In this document: positions 48,049 through 61,405 of the stretch, piece by piece
How positions within the stretch are numbered: position 1 is the first letter of the stretch
Layout of the letters: every line of letters starts with the position of its first letter
Assembly (NCBI GenBank): GCA_963815215.1
Contig: CAWFFU010000003.1
Coordinates: 512,001 to 576,000, forward strand
Direction of reading: 5' to 3'
From: an uncultured Trueperaceae bacterium
GTDB taxonomy: Bacteria > Deinococcota > Deinococci > Deinococcales > Trueperaceae
DNA: 64,000 bases
The notes under the pieces: generated by a model
Databases searched by the model: none
Seen by the model: the letters and a program-made list of their open reading frames with translations, nothing else
What the model was told of the DNA's origin: nothing
Made by a program: the position numbers and the translations under genes

Positions 48049-48519
48049 CTAGCTCTCCTCGACCGCGTCCGCGGCAGCTTCATGCGCCGTGACGCTGCCA
48101 CCGGCGGCGGTGACCGCCTGGGCGGCGGACCGCGATACCGCTTCGACCTCCACGGTCAGCTTCTTCACTTCGAGCTCGCCGTCCCCGAGGAGCTTGACGG
48201 GGCGGTCGGCCTTGCGCACCAACCCACGCGCCTTGAGGCTCTCGGCGTCGACCTTGTCCCCTTCGGCGAAGCCGTTGAGATCGGACAGGTTGACGATCTG
48301 GAAGAGCTCACGCTCGCGCGTGAAGCCGCGCTTGGGCAGCCGCATGATGAGACGAGAACGACCGCCTTCCCAGCCGGCGCCGCCGCTGAACCCGCTACGG
48401 CTCTTCTGGCCCTTCTGTCCGCGACCCGCGGTCTTGCCGCGGCCGCTCCCCAGGCCCCGCCCAACGCGACGGCGTTGTTTCTTGGAGCCCCGCGCGGGCT
48501 TGAGTTCGTTGAGCTTCAC
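48049..48519 (-). CDS. rplO: 50S ribosomal protein L15
   Basis: RVGRGLGSGRGKTAGRGQKGQ. Confidence 0.97.
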   Translation of the reverse strand: MKLNELKPARGSKKQRRRVGRGLGSGRGKTAGRGQKGQKSRSGFSGGAGWEGGRSRLIMRLPKRGFTRERELFQIVNLSDLNGFAEGDKVDAESLKARGLVRKADRPVKLLGDGELEVKKLTVEVEAVSRSAAQAVTAAGGSVTAHEAAADAVEES

Positions 48520-48695
48520 TTGTGCTCCCGCCCTTCGATGTCGAGCAAGTAGGCGATCTTGTCGACCATGCCGCGCACGCTCGCGTTGTCAACGACGTCG
48601 CGGCTGTCACCGACCTTGCGCAGGCCGAGAGCACGCACCGTCGCGCGCTGATCCTTGGGCACGCCGATGAGGCTGCGTCTCAGCCGGAGTTTCAT
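48516..48695 (-). CDS. rpmD: 50S ribosomal protein L30
   Basis: Manual translation [27 protein letters not shown]...[11 protein letters not shown]. Confidence 0.95.
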   Translation of the reverse strand: MKLRLRRSLIGVPKDQRATVRALGLRKVGDSRDVVDNASVRGMVDKIAYLLDIEGREHK

Positions 48696-49165
48696 TCCGC
48701 GGCCTCCCGCTCGGCCTTCGCTTCGCTGTAGGTCTTGAGTTGCTTGAGCCCCTCGATCACCGCGTAGGCGACGTTGGTCTGGTTGCGCGAGCCGAGTTCC
48801 TTGGTGAGCAGATTGCTGTACCCGGCCAGCTCCACGATGGCGCGCGGTACGCTCCCCGCGATGACGCCCGTGCCCGCACCGGCCGGCTTCAGCATGACGC
48901 GGCTGGTGCCATGCTCGCCGAGCACTTCGTGCGGGATGGTGCCGGGCTCTTCGATGGGCACGTCCACCAGGTTCCGCCTGGCGACGTACTGGCCCTTCTG
49001 CACCGCCAGAGGCACTTCCTTGGCCTTGCCCAGGCCTACGCCCACACGACCCTTGCGGTCCCCCACGACCACCATGGCCCCGAAGCGGAAGCGGCGGCCG
49101 CCCTTGTACGTCTTCGCCGTCCGGCGGATGAAGATGACCTTGTCTTCGAAATCGGCGTCTGCCAT
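48692..49165 (-). CDS. rpsE: 30S ribosomal protein S5
   Basis: [17 protein letters not shown]. Confidence 0.97.
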   Translation of the reverse strand: MADADFEDKVIFIRRTAKTYKGGRRFRFGAMVVVGDRKGRVGVGLGKAKEVPLAVQKGQYVARRNLVDVPIEEPGTIPHEVLGEHGTSRVMLKPAGAGTGVIAGSVPRAIVELAGYSNLLTKELGSRNQTNVAYAVIEGLKQLKTYSEAKAEREAAE

Positions 49166-49208
49166 CAGGACACGTGGCCTTTCTGGGTACGAAGCTTCAG
49201 AGCGGCCA

Positions 49209-49556
49209 TCAGAACTCGAGGCCCCCCTCGCGCGCGCCGTCGGCGAGCGCTTTGACGCGACCGTGGTACTTGTACGGCCCACGGTCGAATACGACCTGCG
49301 TGACGCCGGCAGCCTGCGCGCGCTTGGCGAGCTCCTGTCCGACGGCCTTGGCCTGGTCGGTCTTGTCTCCCTTGGACGCGAGGTCCTTGCTGTTGGCCGC
49401 GGCCACCGTGACGCCACGGCGATCGTCGATCACCTGTGCGTAGATGAAGCGCGCGCTCCGGAACACCGTGAGGCGGAGCCTCCCGGTGTCGACCGGGCGC
49501 CGGATGCTCCGGCGGGTCCGGAAGGTGCGGCGCTGTGTACGTGTCAGTCCATTCAT
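49209..49556 (-). CDS. rplR: 50S ribosomal protein L18
   Basis: [19 protein letters not shown]. Confidence 0.97.
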   Translation of the reverse strand: MNGLTRTQRRTFRTRRSIRRPVDTGRLRLTVFRSARFIYAQVIDDRRGVTVAAANSKDLASKGDKTDQAKAVGQELAKRAQAAGVTQVVFDRGPYKYHGRVKALADGAREGGLEF

Positions 49557-49583
49557 GATGCGCTACCTCGATGCAGCCGCCGG

Positions 49584-50123
49584 TTAGCGGGCTGCCGCCT
49601 TACCGGCCTTGAGCCGAACCTGCTCGCCTGCGTACCGAACGCCCTTGCCGTGGTAGTGATCGGGCGGACGAACGGCGCGGATGTTGGCGGCCACCTGGCC
49701 CACCAGCTGCTTGTCGATGCCACTCACCGTGATCCTGGTCGGTTCCGGCGCCTGGATGGTGACACCTTCCGGCGGCGTGATGACCACGGGGTGGGAGTAA
49801 CCCACCGTGAGCTCGAGGTCGCTGCCCTTCATCTGGCAGCGGAAGCCGACGCCCTGGATCTCCAGGTTCTTCTGGAAGCCGCCCACCACCCCGGCGACGG
49901 CGTTGGCCACCAGGCTCCGCGCCAGCCCATGCTGGGCGCGGTCGTTGCGGTGGTCCGAGGGCCGCTCCATGGTGACGACACCCTGGTCGATGCTGACCGA
50001 GATGCGCGGGCTGATGTCGACGGAGAGCGTGCCCTTGGGGCCCTTGACGTTCACCGTGCTGTCGGCCACCTGCAGCTCCACGCCCTTCGGGAGCGTGATG
50101 GGGGCGCGACCTATGCGGGACAT
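49584..50123 (-). CDS. rplF: 50S ribosomal protein L6
   Basis: [14 protein letters not shown]. Confidence 0.97.
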   Translation of the reverse strand: MSRIGRAPITLPKGVELQVADSTVNVKGPKGTLSVDISPRISVSIDQGVVTMERPSDHRNDRAQHGLARSLVANAVAGVVGGFQKNLEIQGVGFRCQMKGSDLELTVGYSHPVVITPPEGVTIQAPEPTRITVSGIDKQLVGQVAANIRAVRPPDHYHGKGVRYAGEQVRLKAGKAAAR

Positions 50124-50124
50124 C

Positions 50125-50520
50125 TCACCACACCTCGCAGACGATCTCGCCGCCGACGTTCTTGCGGCGAGCCTCCGAGTCGATCATGAGGCCCTGCGAC
50201 GTCGACACCACCGACATCCCGAGGCCGCCGCGGACGACCGGCACGTGCTTCCCCTTGGCGTAGGCGCGCCGGCCCGGCGACGACACGCGGGTGATCTGGT
50301 GGATCACCGGCGTGCGCTTGGGACCATACTTGAGCGCGATCCGCAGCACCGGATGGCCGCCGACCTCGACCTCCTCGATCGACTTCAGGTAACCTTCCCG
50401 GGCCAGCACGTGCGCCAGGGACTTCTTGAACTTGCTCGCCGGCACGTCCACGCTGGCCATATGCACGGCCTGGGCGTTGCGGATGCGGGTGAGCATGTCA
50501 GCAATGGGATCAGTTTGCAT
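50125..50520 (-). CDS. rpsH: 30S ribosomal protein S8
   Basis: [22 protein letters not shown]. Confidence 0.97.
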   Translation of the reverse strand: MQTDPIADMLTRIRNAQAVHMASVDVPASKFKKSLAHVLAREGYLKSIEEVEVGGHPVLRIALKYGPKRTPVIHQITRVSSPGRRAYAKGKHVPVVRGGLGMSVVSTSQGLMIDSEARRKNVGGEIVCEVW

Positions 50521-50610
50521 CGTTTATGGGTCCTCCTGGGGGCCGGTTTCAACGCAAGGCGCGTTGACCTCTGCCCCGCTAGTAGCGCTTCTCGCTTGTC
50601 GCGCCGCGAC

Positions 50611-50796
50611 TCACCAGCTGGCCTTGACGACACCGGGTAGATATCCCTTGTGCGCCATCTCCCGAACGCAGATGCGGCACAGCCCGAAGTCACGCAGGTA
50701 TGCGCGCGAGCGCCCGCAGCGGCTGCAGCGGTTGACGTGCCGCGCCTGGAACTTGGGCGTGCGATTGGACTTGGCGATCTGGGCTTTCGTTGCCAC
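50611..50796 (-). CDS. rpsN: 30S ribosomal protein S14 (type Z)
   Basis: RCSRCGR...LCRICVRE...PGVVKASW. Confidence 0.97.
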   Translation of the reverse strand: MATKAQIAKSNRTPKFQARHVNRCSRCGRSRAYLRDFGLCRICVREMAHKGYLPGVVKASW

Positions 50797-50805
50797 GTGT
50801 CCTCC

Positions 50806-51354
50806 CTACTTCCTGAACGGCATGCCGAGGAACTCGAGCAGGCTGCGCGCCTCTTCGTCGCTCTCGGCTGTCGTCACGATGGTGATGTCCATGCCGCGCG
50901 TGGCATCGACCTGGTCGTAGTTGATCTCGGGAAACACCAGCTGCTCGCGGATCCCGAGGCTGTAGTTGCCCCGCCCGTCGAAGCTGTTGGCGCTGACGCC
51001 GCGGAAATCGCGCACCCGCGGCAGAGCGACGTTGATGAGCTTGTCCAGGAACGCCCACATGCGCGTTCCACGCAGCGTCACCTTGAGGCCGATCGCCATG
51101 CCGGCGCGCACCTTGAAGTTCGAGACCGACTTCTTGGCCTTGGTGATGACCGGGCGCTGCAGAGCGATCTGCGCGAGCTCCTTGGAGGCGCGCTCGAGAA
51201 CCTTCGAGTCCTCCCGGGCCTCGCCTACCCCCATGTTGATGACGATCTTCTCCACGCGCGGCACCGCCATGGGGTTGCCGTAGCCGTGGCGCTCGACGAG
51301 CTGGCTCTTGACCTGCTCGTATCGAACTTTGATGGGTAGCGTTACCTTCTCCAT
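50806..51354 (-). CDS. rplE: 50S ribosomal protein L5
   Basis: [25 protein letters not shown]. Confidence 0.97.
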   Translation of the reverse strand: MEKVTLPIKVRYEQVKSQLVERHGYGNPMAVPRVEKIVINMGVGEAREDSKVLERASKELAQIALQRPVITKAKKSVSNFKVRAGMAIGLKVTLRGTRMWAFLDKLINVALPRVRDFRGVSANSFDGRGNYSLGIREQLVFPEINYDQVDATRGMDITIVTTAESDEEARSLLEFLGMPFRK

Positions 51355-51361
51355 GCTCTTC

Positions 51362-51691
51362 CTACTCGTCCAATCGGGCGCCGGACTTGCGAGCGACGCG
51401 GTGCTTGTGGCCGCTCTCGTCGACGTCGTAGCCCACGCGCGTGAGCTCGCCGGACTGCGGGTCGAGGAGCTGCACGTTGCTGAGATGGATGGGCGCTTCC
51501 TGCTCCAGGAAGCCGCCGCGCGGGTTGTCCTGCGTCGGCCGCTGCGCCTTCTTGATGACGTTGACGTTCTTGACGAGCACACGGTTGGTGTCGCGGAACA
51601 CCGTGAGGACTTCGCCTTCGGCCCCCTTGTGCTTGCCCGCGATCACCCGGACCTGATCGCCGCGGCGGATGCGGATCTTGGGCCTCGACAT
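51362..51691 (-). CDS. rplX: 50S ribosomal protein L24
   Basis: [22 protein letters not shown]. Confidence 0.97.
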   Translation of the reverse strand: MSRPKIRIRRGDQVRVIAGKHKGAEGEVLTVFRDTNRVLVKNVNVIKKAQRPTQDNPRGGFLEQEAPIHLSNVQLLDPQSGELTRVGYDVDESGHKHRVARKSGARLDE

Positions 51692-51692
51692 G

Positions 51693-52061
51693 TCAGAGCA
51701 CCTCCGGTGCGAGCGAGACGATGCGCATGAAGCGCTTCTCGCGCAGCTCCCGGGCTACCGGCCCGAACACGCGGGTTCCACGGGGCTCGTTCTGGTTGTT
51801 GATGATGACCGCCGCGTTGCTGTCGAACCGGATGGAGGAGCCGTCCTTGCGGTTGATCTCCTTCTTGGTCCGAACGATCACGGCCTTCACCACGTCGCCT
51901 TTCTTGATCTGCGCGTGGGGGATGGCGTCCTTGACGGCCGCCACGACCACGTCGCCGACCGAGCCGACGAACTGCTGCCCGGTACCGAGCACGCGGATGC
52001 ACTGGATCCGACGGGCACCGGAGTTGTCGGCCACATCGAGGAAGGTCTCCTGCTGGATCAT
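51693..52061 (-). CDS. rplN: 50S ribosomal protein L14
   Basis: [20 protein letters not shown]. Confidence 0.97.
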   Translation of the reverse strand: MIQQETFLDVADNSGARRIQCIRVLGTGQQFVGSVGDVVVAAVKDAIPHAQIKKGDVVKAVIVRTKKEINRKDGSSIRFDSNAAVIINNQNEPRGTRVFGPVARELREKRFMRIVSLAPEVL

Positions 52062-52084
52062 GACGGAATGCTCCTGACCTGCCC

Positions 52085-52330
52085 TTAGCCCCGGGCCTTC
52101 TCGAGCAGGCGCGTCACGACGAAGCGCTTGCGTTTGCTGATCGGGCGGCTGGAGGTGATCTCCACCAGGTCGCCCAGCTTGTACTCGTTGCGCTCATCGT
52201 GAGCCAGGTACCGCTTGGACAGCGTGACGACCTTGCCGTAGAGCGGGTGCTTGAGGCGCCGCTCCACGTTCACCGTCACCGTCTTGTCGGCTCCGTCGCT
52301 CACGACGCGCCCCTGCATAGCTCTCTTCAT
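52085..52330 (-). CDS. rpsQ: 30S ribosomal protein S17
   Basis: GRVVSD, HPLYGK, RPISKRK. Confidence 0.97.
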   Translation of the reverse strand: MKRAMQGRVVSDGADKTVTVNVERRLKHPLYGKVVTLSKRYLAHDERNEYKLGDLVEITSSRPISKRKRFVVTRLLEKARG

Positions 52331-52527
52331 CGCGTCGTCTCCTCCGGCTTCTCGCCGGCGATGGTCAGAAGCCGGGCGATCTCCCGCTTCGCCGTGCGGA
52401 TGCGCCTCGGGTTCGAGGCGTGGCCGACGGCGGCCTGGATCCGCAGGTCGAGAAGCTCCTGGCGGAGCTTGTCCACCTCGAGGTGGATCTCGTCCGGCGT
52501 CAGGTTGCGGACCTCATTGGGCTTCAT
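52327..52527 (-). CDS. rpmC: 50S ribosomal protein L29
   Basis: KREIARLLT; position in S10 operon. Confidence 0.95.
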   Translation of the reverse strand: MKPNEVRNLTPDEIHLEVDKLRQELLDLRIQAAVGHASNPRRIRTAKREIARLLTIAGEKPEETTR

Positions 52528-52939
52528 CGTAGATCTCCCGCTCGACCATCTTTACCTTGATAGGGAGCTTGTGGCTGGCGAGGCGGAACGCCTCCTTGGC
52601 CTGCTCCTCCGTAACGTTGGCGACCTCGAAGAGCACGCGTCCCGGCTTCACTACCGAGACCCAGTACTCCACCGCGCCCTTGCCCTTCCCCATGCGGACT
52701 TCCTGTGGCTTCTTCGTCACGGGCTTGTCCGGGAAGATGCGGATGTAGATCTTGCCGCCGCGCTTGAAGTAGCGGCTCATGGTGACGCGGCAGGCCTCGA
52801 TCTGGTTGGACTTGATCCAGGCCGGCTCCATCGCCACCAGAGCGAAGTCGCCGAAGGCGACGTAGTCTCCGCCCTTGGTGTCGCCCTTCATGCGGCCGCG
52901 CATCTGCTTGCGGTACTTGACGCGCTTGGGAAGCAGCAT
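52514..52939 (-). CDS. rplP: 50S ribosomal protein L16
   Basis: [18 protein letters not shown]. Confidence 0.97.
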   Translation of the reverse strand: MLLPKRVKYRKQMRGRMKGDTKGGDYVAFGDFALVAMEPAWIKSNQIEACRVTMSRYFKRGGKIYIRIFPDKPVTKKPQEVRMGKGKGAVEYWVSVVKPGRVLFEVANVTEEQAKEAFRLASHKLPIKVKMVEREIYDEAQ

Positions 52940-52942
52940 GGG

Positions 52943-53707
52943 CTAGGACCTTTCCTTCTTGACCCGCGCGCGACCTTCACGATTGGGACCGTCACGCCGA
53001 CGCGCCTGTGGACGACGCCGGCGGCGCTTGTCCTCATCCTGACGGGGACGCGGGAGCACGGCGGCGCGGCGGGTCTTGTGGCCGACGATCTCGCCGTGGA
53101 ACACCCACGCCTTGACGCCGATGATGCCGTAGCTCGTGCGTGCCTCGGCCGTACCGTAATCGATGTCGGCGCGGAGCGTCTGCAACGGAACGCGACCATC
53201 CGAGTACCACTCGGGACGGGCCTGCTCGGAACCGCCCAGGCGGCCGGAGCAGCGGATCTTCACACCCTGCGCGCCGGACTCCATGGTGCGCTGGACCGCC
53301 TGCTTCATGGCCCGCCGGAACGCGAAGCGGCGCTCGAGCTGCTCGGCGATGCGCTTGGCCACCAAGGCGCCGTTGGTGTTCGGGTTCGCGACCTCTTGGA
53401 CGTTCACGGCGATGGTGCCCGGGATGGACCGATCGAGACGCGCGCGAAGGGCCTTGATCGACTCCCCGCCACGACCGATCACCACACCCGGCTTGGCAGT
53501 GTGGATGGTGATGTTGATGTTGTGCGCGGCCCGCTCGATGTCGATGCGCGAGATGCCGGCATGGCCTACGTCCTGGAAGATCGCGCGGCGGATCTCCTCG
53601 TCCTCGGTCAGGAGGCGCGGATAGTTCTTGGTATCGGCGTACCAGTGGGCGGACGGTTCCTTGTTCACGCCCAGCCGGAACCCGATCGGATTGATCTTAT
53701 TGCCCAC
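52943..53707 (-). CDS. rpsC: 30S ribosomal protein S3
   Basis: MGNKINPIGFRLG, GRVPLQTLRADIDY. Confidence 0.97.
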   Translation of the reverse strand: MGNKINPIGFRLGVNKEPSAHWYADTKNYPRLLTEDEEIRRAIFQDVGHAGISRIDIERAAHNINITIHTAKPGVVIGRGGESIKALRARLDRSIPGTIAVNVQEVANPNTNGALVAKRIAEQLERRFAFRRAMKQAVQRTMESGAQGVKIRCSGRLGGSEQARPEWYSDGRVPLQTLRADIDYGTAEARTSYGIIGVKAWVFHGEIVGHKTRRAAVLPRPRQDEDKRRRRRPQARRRDGPNREGRARVKKERS

Positions 53708-54038
53708 TGCGTTCCTCCAGCGTGATCGTGATGTTGCAGCTGCGCTTCAACATCAGGTCTGCACGACCCCGCGCACGCGGCAAGTAGCGTTTGAACGTGG
53801 GGCCGTCTCCGACCTGGATCTCCTTGACGAAGAGGCTGTCTTCGAACATGTCGTGGTTGTTCACGGCGTTCGCCCGAGCACTCTGCAGCAACTTGAGGAT
53901 CGGCTTCGCGGAACGCTTGTTGGTGTAGCGCAGGATGTCCTCGGCACGCCCCACGTTCTGGCCGCGGATGAGGTCGGCGACGAGGCGCGTCTTCTGAGGC
54001 GTGACGCGAAGCATGCGCAAGGAAGCCTTGGCCTGCAT
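53697..54038 (-). CDS. rplV: 50S ribosomal protein L22
   Basis: RLVADLIRG, PRARGRA. Confidence 0.97.
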   Translation of the reverse strand: MQAKASLRMLRVTPQKTRLVADLIRGQNVGRAEDILRYTNKRSAKPILKLLQSARANAVNNHDMFEDSLFVKEIQVGDGPTFKRYLPRARGRADLMLKRSCNITITLEERSGQ

Positions 54039-54040
54039 CG

Positions 54041-54310
54041 TCAGTCCTTCCTGTTCCCGCTATGCCCGCGGAACGTGCGGGTGGGAGAGAACTCCCCCAG
54101 CTTGTGCCCGACCATGTTCTCCTGGACGAACACCGGGACGTGCTGGCGACCGTTGTAGACGCCGATGGTGTGTCCGACCATCTCGGGAACGATGGTGCTG
54201 CGCCGGCTCCAGGTCTTGATGACGCGGCGTTCGCCCGTGGCGTTGGCGGCGTCGATCTTCTTGAGCAGGTGGCCGTCGACGAACGGGCCTTTCTTGAGGC
54301 TGCGAGCCAT
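54041..54310 (-). CDS. rpsS: 30S ribosomal protein S19
   Basis: [19 protein letters not shown]. Confidence 0.97.
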   Translation of the reverse strand: MARSLKKGPFVDGHLLKKIDAANATGERRVIKTWSRRSTIVPEMVGHTIGVYNGRQHVPVFVQENMVGHKLGEFSPTRTFRGHSGNRKD

Positions 54311-54313
54311 GGT

Positions 54314-55147
54314 CTACTTCCCCTTCCGGCGGCGCACGATGAACCGGCTCGACACCTTGCGCTTGTTGCGCGTCTTCAGGCCCTTGGCCTGCTGGCCCCA
54401 GGGGCTGACCGGCGGCCGGCCGCCCGTAGAGCGACCCTCGCCACCGCCGTGGGGGTGGTCGACCGGGTTCATGGCGCGTCCACGTTGGTGCGGCTTGCGA
54501 CCGAGCCAACGCTTGCGGCCCGCCTTACCCAGAACGATGTTCTTGTGCTCGCTGTTGCCCACTGCGCCTACGGTCGCGTAGCACTCGCCGTGGATGCGGC
54601 GCAGCTCACCCGATGGCAACCGGATGGTGACGTAGTTGCCGTCCCGGCCCTGGATCTGCACGCTGGTTCCGGCCGCGCGCGCCAGCTGGGCGCCCTTGCC
54701 AGGGACCATCTCCACGTTGTGCACGACCGCGCCGACCGGGATGAAGCGGAGCGGCAAGGCGTTCCCGACCACCGGCTCGGCCTCCGGTCCGCACACGATA
54801 CGCGTGCCGACCACCAGGCGCTCTGGCGCCAGGATGTAGCGCTTCTCACCGTCGAGGTAGTGCAGCAACGCGATGCGCGCGCTGCGGTTCGGGTCGTACT
54901 CGACGGTCGCGACCTTGGCGGGCACGCCTTCCTTGTCGCGCCGACGGAAGTCGATCCGACGATAGCGCCGCTTGTGGCCGCCGCCGCGGAACCGCGAGGT
55001 GATCCGGCCGTGGGCGTTGCGACCGCCCCGCTTCGACATCCCCTCGAGAAGCGACTTCTCCGGCCTGCTCACGGTGACGTCGGCGAAATCCGAGGTCGTC
55101 ATCGCCCGGCGGGAGGGCGTGTACGGTCTGTATTTCTTGGTAGGCAT
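54314..55147 (-). CDS. rplB: 50S ribosomal protein L2
   Basis: [25 protein letters not shown]. Confidence 0.98.
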   Translation of the reverse strand: MPTKKYRPYTPSRRAMTTSDFADVTVSRPEKSLLEGMSKRGGRNAHGRITSRFRGGGHKRRYRRIDFRRRDKEGVPAKVATVEYDPNRSARIALLHYLDGEKRYILAPERLVVGTRIVCGPEAEPVVGNALPLRFIPVGAVVHNVEMVPGKGAQLARAAGTSVQIQGRDGNYVTIRLPSGELRRIHGECYATVGAVGNSEHKNIVLGKAGRKRWLGRKPHQRGRAMNPVDHPHGGGEGRSTGGRPPVSPWGQQAKGLKTRNKRKVSSRFIVRRRKGK

Positions 55148-55163
55148 GGGTTCCCTCCCTTCC

Positions 55164-55451
55164 TTAGGTCAGGCCTTCGAGCTGCTGGATGCGCTGCCCG
55201 GCCTGCAGGGTGACGATGGCCTTCTTGCGGAGCGAGGACCGTCCCGGGTAACGCCCCTGCGTCTTGATCTTGCCGCGGACCTTGGCCATGTTGATCTTGA
55301 CGACCTCGACCTTGAACACGGTCTCGATGGCGTCCTTGACCTGGACCCGGTTCGCGTCCGGATGGACGTAGAAGGCGTACTTGCCGGCTTCGATGCCCTG
55401 GATCGCCTTCTCGCTCAGCACGGGGGCGAGGATCACGTCGTGCGGGTTCAC
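55164..55451 (-). CDS. rplW: 50S ribosomal protein L23
   Basis: PVLSEKA, KKAIVTL; GTG start. Confidence 0.96.
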   Translation of the reverse strand: MNPHDVILAPVLSEKAIQGIEAGKYAFYVHPDANRVQVKDAIETVFKVEVVKINMAKVRGKIKTQGRYPGRSSLRKKAIVTLQAGQRIQQLEGLT

Positions 55452-56044
55452 GATGCCGCCTCCGCAGTGTCGAAGATCTTCGCGTCGGCGATCACGTGAT
55501 CGCAACGAAGGATGTCGTAGGCGTTCAGGCCGCGCACGGGAAGCACGTCGACCCAGGGCAGGTTGCGCGCCGCCCTGCGGGCCATCTCATCGTCGGTGAC
55601 GAGGAGCACCCGTTCGCTACCGTCGAAGCCGTGACTCTGGGCCCAGCTCACGAACTCCTTGGTCTTGCCGCCGATGTCGAACGACTCGACCAGGGTGAGC
55701 TTACCAGCCTGCGCCCTTGCGGCCACCGCCATGGCAAGGCCGAGCCGGCGCACCCGCTTGGGCAGGGTGTAGCCGTAGTTGCGCGGCTGCGGCCCGAACG
55801 CTGTGCCCCCACCAACGAAGATCGGCGCCTTGCGGTCACCGTGCCGCGCGCGGCCGGTGCCCTTCTGAGGGTAGATCTTCGCGGTGGAGCCCGTCATCAT
55901 ACCGCGCGTCTTGGTCGCCGCCGTGCCGCGCCGGCGCTTGGCCAGCTGCCAGGCGACGACCTCGTGCAGCACCGACTCCTTGGGCTCGGGAAGGTCGAGT
56001 GTGAGTTTGCGTCCGCTTCCGAGGACGTCGAGCGTGACCGCCAT
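55448..56044 (-). CDS. rplD: 50S ribosomal protein L4
   Basis: QKGTGRARHG, GGTAFGPQPR. Confidence 0.97.
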   Translation of the reverse strand: MAVTLDVLGSGRKLTLDLPEPKESVLHEVVAWQLAKRRRGTAATKTRGMMTGSTAKIYPQKGTGRARHGDRKAPIFVGGGTAFGPQPRNYGYTLPKRVRRLGLAMAVAARAQAGKLTLVESFDIGGKTKEFVSWAQSHGFDGSERVLLVTDDEMARRAARNLPWVDVLPVRGLNAYDILRCDHVIADAKIFDTAEAAS

Positions 56045-56670
56045 CAGCGCGCCCCCCTGTTCGATTGCCTGACCACCAGCATCGAGCCGTTCGCGCCGGG
56101 GAGGGCGCCCTTGATGAGGATCAGGTTGTCGTCCTTGCGGACGTCCACGACCTGGAGGCCGATCGTCGTCACGGCGCTCGCGCCGTGACGCCCCGCCATG
56201 CGCTTGCCCTTGTAGACGCGGCCCGGCGACTTGCGGTTCCCGATGGAACCGCCGTGGCGATGTTTCTTCTTGGTGCCGTGGGTGGCCGGCATGCCGGCGA
56301 ACCCCCAGCGCTTGACCACGCCGGCGGTACCGCGACCCTTGCTCGTGCCGGTGACGTCGACCGTCTCGCCCGGCTCGAAGATCTCGACCGTGACGCTGTC
56401 GTCGTCGGGGGCGTAGTCCCTGAACTCCACCAGGTGACGCTGCGGCGCGACCCCCGCCTTGCGGAAGTGCCCGAGCTGGGGTTTGTTCACGAGTTTCTCT
56501 CGCTTCTCCACCCAGCCGAGCTGCACGGCGGAATAGCCGTCACGCTCCGGCGTCTTGCGCTGCACCACGGGGCAAGGCCCGGCGAGGACGACGGTCACCG
56601 GCACGAGCCGGTCCCCGTTCCACACCTGGGTCATACCCACCTTGGTGCCGAGAATGCCTTTCACGTTCAT
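56044..56670 (-). CDS. rplC: 50S ribosomal protein L3
   Basis: [27 protein letters not shown]. Confidence 0.97.
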   Translation of the reverse strand: MNVKGILGTKVGMTQVWNGDRLVPVTVVLAGPCPVVQRKTPERDGYSAVQLGWVEKREKLVNKPQLGHFRKAGVAPQRHLVEFRDYAPDDDSVTVEIFEPGETVDVTGTSKGRGTAGVVKRWGFAGMPATHGTKKKHRHGGSIGNRKSPGRVYKGKRMAGRHGASAVTTIGLQVVDVRKDDNLILIKGALPGANGSMLVVRQSNRGAR

Positions 56671-56987
56671 CGTCCTCCGACGGTCTTGATCTCGATGTCC
56701 ACCCCGGTCGGCAGATCGAGGTGCATGAGGGAATCGATGGTGCTCTTCGTCGGCGACTTGATGTCGATCAGCCGGTTGTGCGTGCGGATCTCGAAGTGCT
56801 CTCGGCTGTCCTTGTTGACGAACGGCGACCGGAGCACGCAGAACCGCCGGATACGCGTCGGAAGGGGAACCGGGCCGGCGACCTTGGCACCCGTGCGCCG
56901 GACGGTCTCCACGATCTTGGTCGCAGAGCTGTCCAGGCTACGGTGATCGAACGCCTTGAGCTTGATACGAATCTTGGGGGCTGCCAT
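56667..56987 (-). CDS. rpsJ: 30S ribosomal protein S10
   Basis: [28 protein letters not shown]. Confidence 0.98.
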   Translation of the reverse strand: MAAPKIRIKLKAFDHRSLDSSATKIVETVRRTGAKVAGPVPLPTRIRRFCVLRSPFVNKDSREHFEIRTHNRLIDIKSPTKSTIDSLMHLDLPTGVDIEIKTVGGR

Positions 56988-56989
56988 GG

Positions 56990-58207
56990 TTACTTCGTCA
57001 CGGCCGTCACGACACCCGCACCGACCGTCCGACCCCCCTCACGAATCGCAAACCGCAACCCCTCCTCCATCGCAATCGGCTTGATCAACTCCACCCCAAG
57101 CTCCACATTATCCCCAGGCATCACCATCTCCACACCCTCCGGCAACGACACCACCCCCGTCACATCCGTCGTCCGAAAGTAAAACTGCGGGCGATACCCA
57201 GAAAAAAACGCGCTATGCCGCCCCCCCTCCTCCTTCTTCAACACATACACCGACCCACGAAACACCGTATGCGGCGTAATCGACCCAGGCTTCGCCAACA
57301 CCTGACCCCGCTCGATCTCCTCACGCCCCACACCCCGCAACAAAACCCCCACATTATCCCCAGCCATCCCCGAACCCAACGTCTTCCGATGCATCTCCAC
57401 ACCCGTCACAACCGTCTTCCGCGTATCCCCCAACCCAACAATCTCAACCTCATCCCCCGTCTTCACCTCACCACGCTCAATACGACCCGTCGCCACCGTC
57501 CCACGACCCGTAATCGTAAACACATCCTCCACCGGCAACAAAAACGGCTTCTCCACATCCCTCACCGGCGTCGGAATATACCCATCCACCGCATCCAACA
57601 ACTCCCAAATCCGATCCACCCACTCATTCTCACCACGCTGCATCGACGGATTCCCATGCAACGCCTCCAACGCCCTCAACGCAGACCCCGCCACCACCGG
57701 AATCTCATCCCCCGGAAACTCATACAACGACAACAGCTCCCGAACCTCCATCTCCACAAGCTCCAACAACTCCGCATCATCCACCATGTCCACCTTGTTC
57801 AAAAACACCACAATATTCGGCACACCCACCTGACGCGCCAACACAATATGCTCACGCGTCTGCGGCATCGGCCCATCCGCAGCCGACACCACCAACACCG
57901 CACCATCCATCTGCGCAGCCCCCGTAATCATATTCTTCACATAATCCGCATGCCCCGGACAATCCACATGCGAATAATGCCGCGCCACCGTCTGATACTC
58001 CACATGCGCCGTATTAATCGTAATCCCACGCGCCTTCTCCTCCGGCGCCTTATCAATCTGATCGTAATCCTGAATCTCCACCGACGGATCCGCCGCCGCA
58101 GCCGCAAACGTAATCGCAGCCGTCAACGTCGTCTTCCCATGATCCACATGCCCAATCGTCCCAACATTCACATGCGGCTTCGTACGCTCAAACACACCCT
58201 TAGCCAT
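56990..58207 (-). CDS. tuf: Elongation factor Tu
   Basis: [54 protein letters not shown]. Confidence 0.99.
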   Translation of the reverse strand: MAKGVFERTKPHVNVGTIGHVDHGKTTLTAAITFAAAAADPSVEIQDYDQIDKAPEEKARGITINTAHVEYQTVARHYSHVDCPGHADYVKNMITGAAQMDGAVLVVSAADGPMPQTREHIVLARQVGVPNIVVFLNKVDMVDDAELLELVEMEVRELLSLYEFPGDEIPVVAGSALRALEALHGNPSMQRGENEWVDRIWELLDAVDGYIPTPVRDVEKPFLLPVEDVFTITGRGTVATGRIERGEVKTGDEVEIVGLGDTRKTVVTGVEMHRKTLGSGMAGDNVGVLLRGVGREEIERGQVLAKPGSITPHTVFRGSVYVLKKEEGGRHSAFFSGYRPQFYFRTTDVTGVVSLPEGVEMVMPGDNVELGVELIKPIAMEEGLRFAIREGGRTVGAGVVTAVTK

Positions 58208-58247
58208 GATCGTTCTCCTTGGATTCCGATACGAGGTCGGACGGTTC

Positions 58248-60320
<2,073 letters not shown>

Positions 60321-60350
60321 ACTCCACCTGTCGGGTCGGAAGCGCGCCGG

Positions 60351-60821
60351 CTACCAGCGGTAGTGGGCGTAGGCGCGATTCGCCTCCGCCATCCGCTCGA
60401 CGTCGTCTTTCTTCTTGACGGCTCCGCCACGTCCTGCCGAGGCGTCCAGCAGCTCGCCCGCGACACGCTCGACAGCGGTCCGCTCGGGGCGAGAGTTGGA
60501 CGCAGCGACCAGCCAGCGCAGGCTGAGCGACTGGGACCGGCGCGGATTGACCTCCACGGGGACCTGGTATGTGGCGCCACCGACACGGCGGCTCTTGACC
60601 TCGATGCGCGGCTTGACGTTGTCGAGCGCCTGGCGGAACACCTTGAGGGGTTCCTGGCCGCTGCGCTCCTGGATCAGTCGGCACGAGCCGTAGAAGATGC
60701 GGCTGGCGAGGTTCTTCTTGCCGTCACGCATCAGCTTGTTCACGAAGGCCGTGACCGTGGTGTCGCTGTACACCAGATCGGGCTCGAGCTTGCGGACCTG
60801 TGCTCTTCTCCTGCGTCCCAT
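60351..60821 (-). CDS. rpsG: 30S ribosomal protein S7
   Basis: RRVGGATYQVP, MAEANRAYAHYRW. Confidence 0.98.
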   Translation of the reverse strand: MGRRRRAQVRKLEPDLVYSDTTVTAFVNKLMRDGKKNLASRIFYGSCRLIQERSGQEPLKVFRQALDNVKPRIEVKSRRVGGATYQVPVEVNPRRSQSLSLRWLVAASNSRPERTAVERVAGELLDASAGRGGAVKKKDDVERMAEANRAYAHYRW

Positions 60822-60829
60822 CCTCTACC

Positions 60830-61219
60830 TCAACCCTTCGGCTTCTTCGTGCCGTACTTGCTGCGCCCCTGGTTGCGCTGCACGTAGCGACCCACGCCGA
60901 CGCCCTGAGCGTCGAGCGCACCTCTGACGATGTGGTAGCGGACCCCCGGCAGGTCCTTCACGCGGCCCCCGCGGATCAACACGACCGAGTGCTCCTGGAG
61001 GTTGTGCTTCTCGCCCGGGATGTAGGCGGTCACCTCGTAGCCGCTGGACAACCGTACGCGGGCGATCTTCCGCAGCGCCGAGTTCGGCTTCTTCGGGGTC
61101 TGCGTCTTCACAGCCGTGCACACGCCGCGCCGCTGCGGCGACCCCTTGAGCGCCGGGGTCTTGTTCTTCTTGGGCAACTTCTTGCGGCCCTTCCGGAGGA
61201 GCTGGTTGACGGTCGGCAG
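60830..61219 (-). CDS. rpsL: 30S ribosomal protein S12 (probable CTG start)
   Basis: [27 protein letters not shown]; no ATG at the conserved start position. Confidence 0.97.
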   Translation of the reverse strand: MPTVNQLLRKGRKKLPKKNKTPALKGSPQRRGVCTAVKTQTPKKPNSALRKIARVRLSSGYEVTAYIPGEKHNLQEHSVVLIRGGRVKDLPGVRYHIVRGALDAQGVGVGRYVQRNQGRSKYGTKKPKG

Positions 61220-61375
61220 AGCAATCACTCCCTTAAGCGTGGCGCTCGCTTTCGGCGAGCGGACTCGACCTGCGATCTGAGAAGACGTGGTCGTCTGAAT
61301 TTCCGGTGCCGTGCAGCACACGACAAACCTTCCCCCGGACCCATCGCTGCGGGCCAGGGGGAGTCAAACCTCGTG

Positions 61376-61405
61376 AGTATACTCCGCCCGGGGGCGAGAT
61401 TTCAA
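61376..61405 (-). promoter_or_regulatory. Promoter of str superoperon
   Basis: TTGAAA-N18-TATACT about 155 nt upstream of rpsL. Confidence 0.65.
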
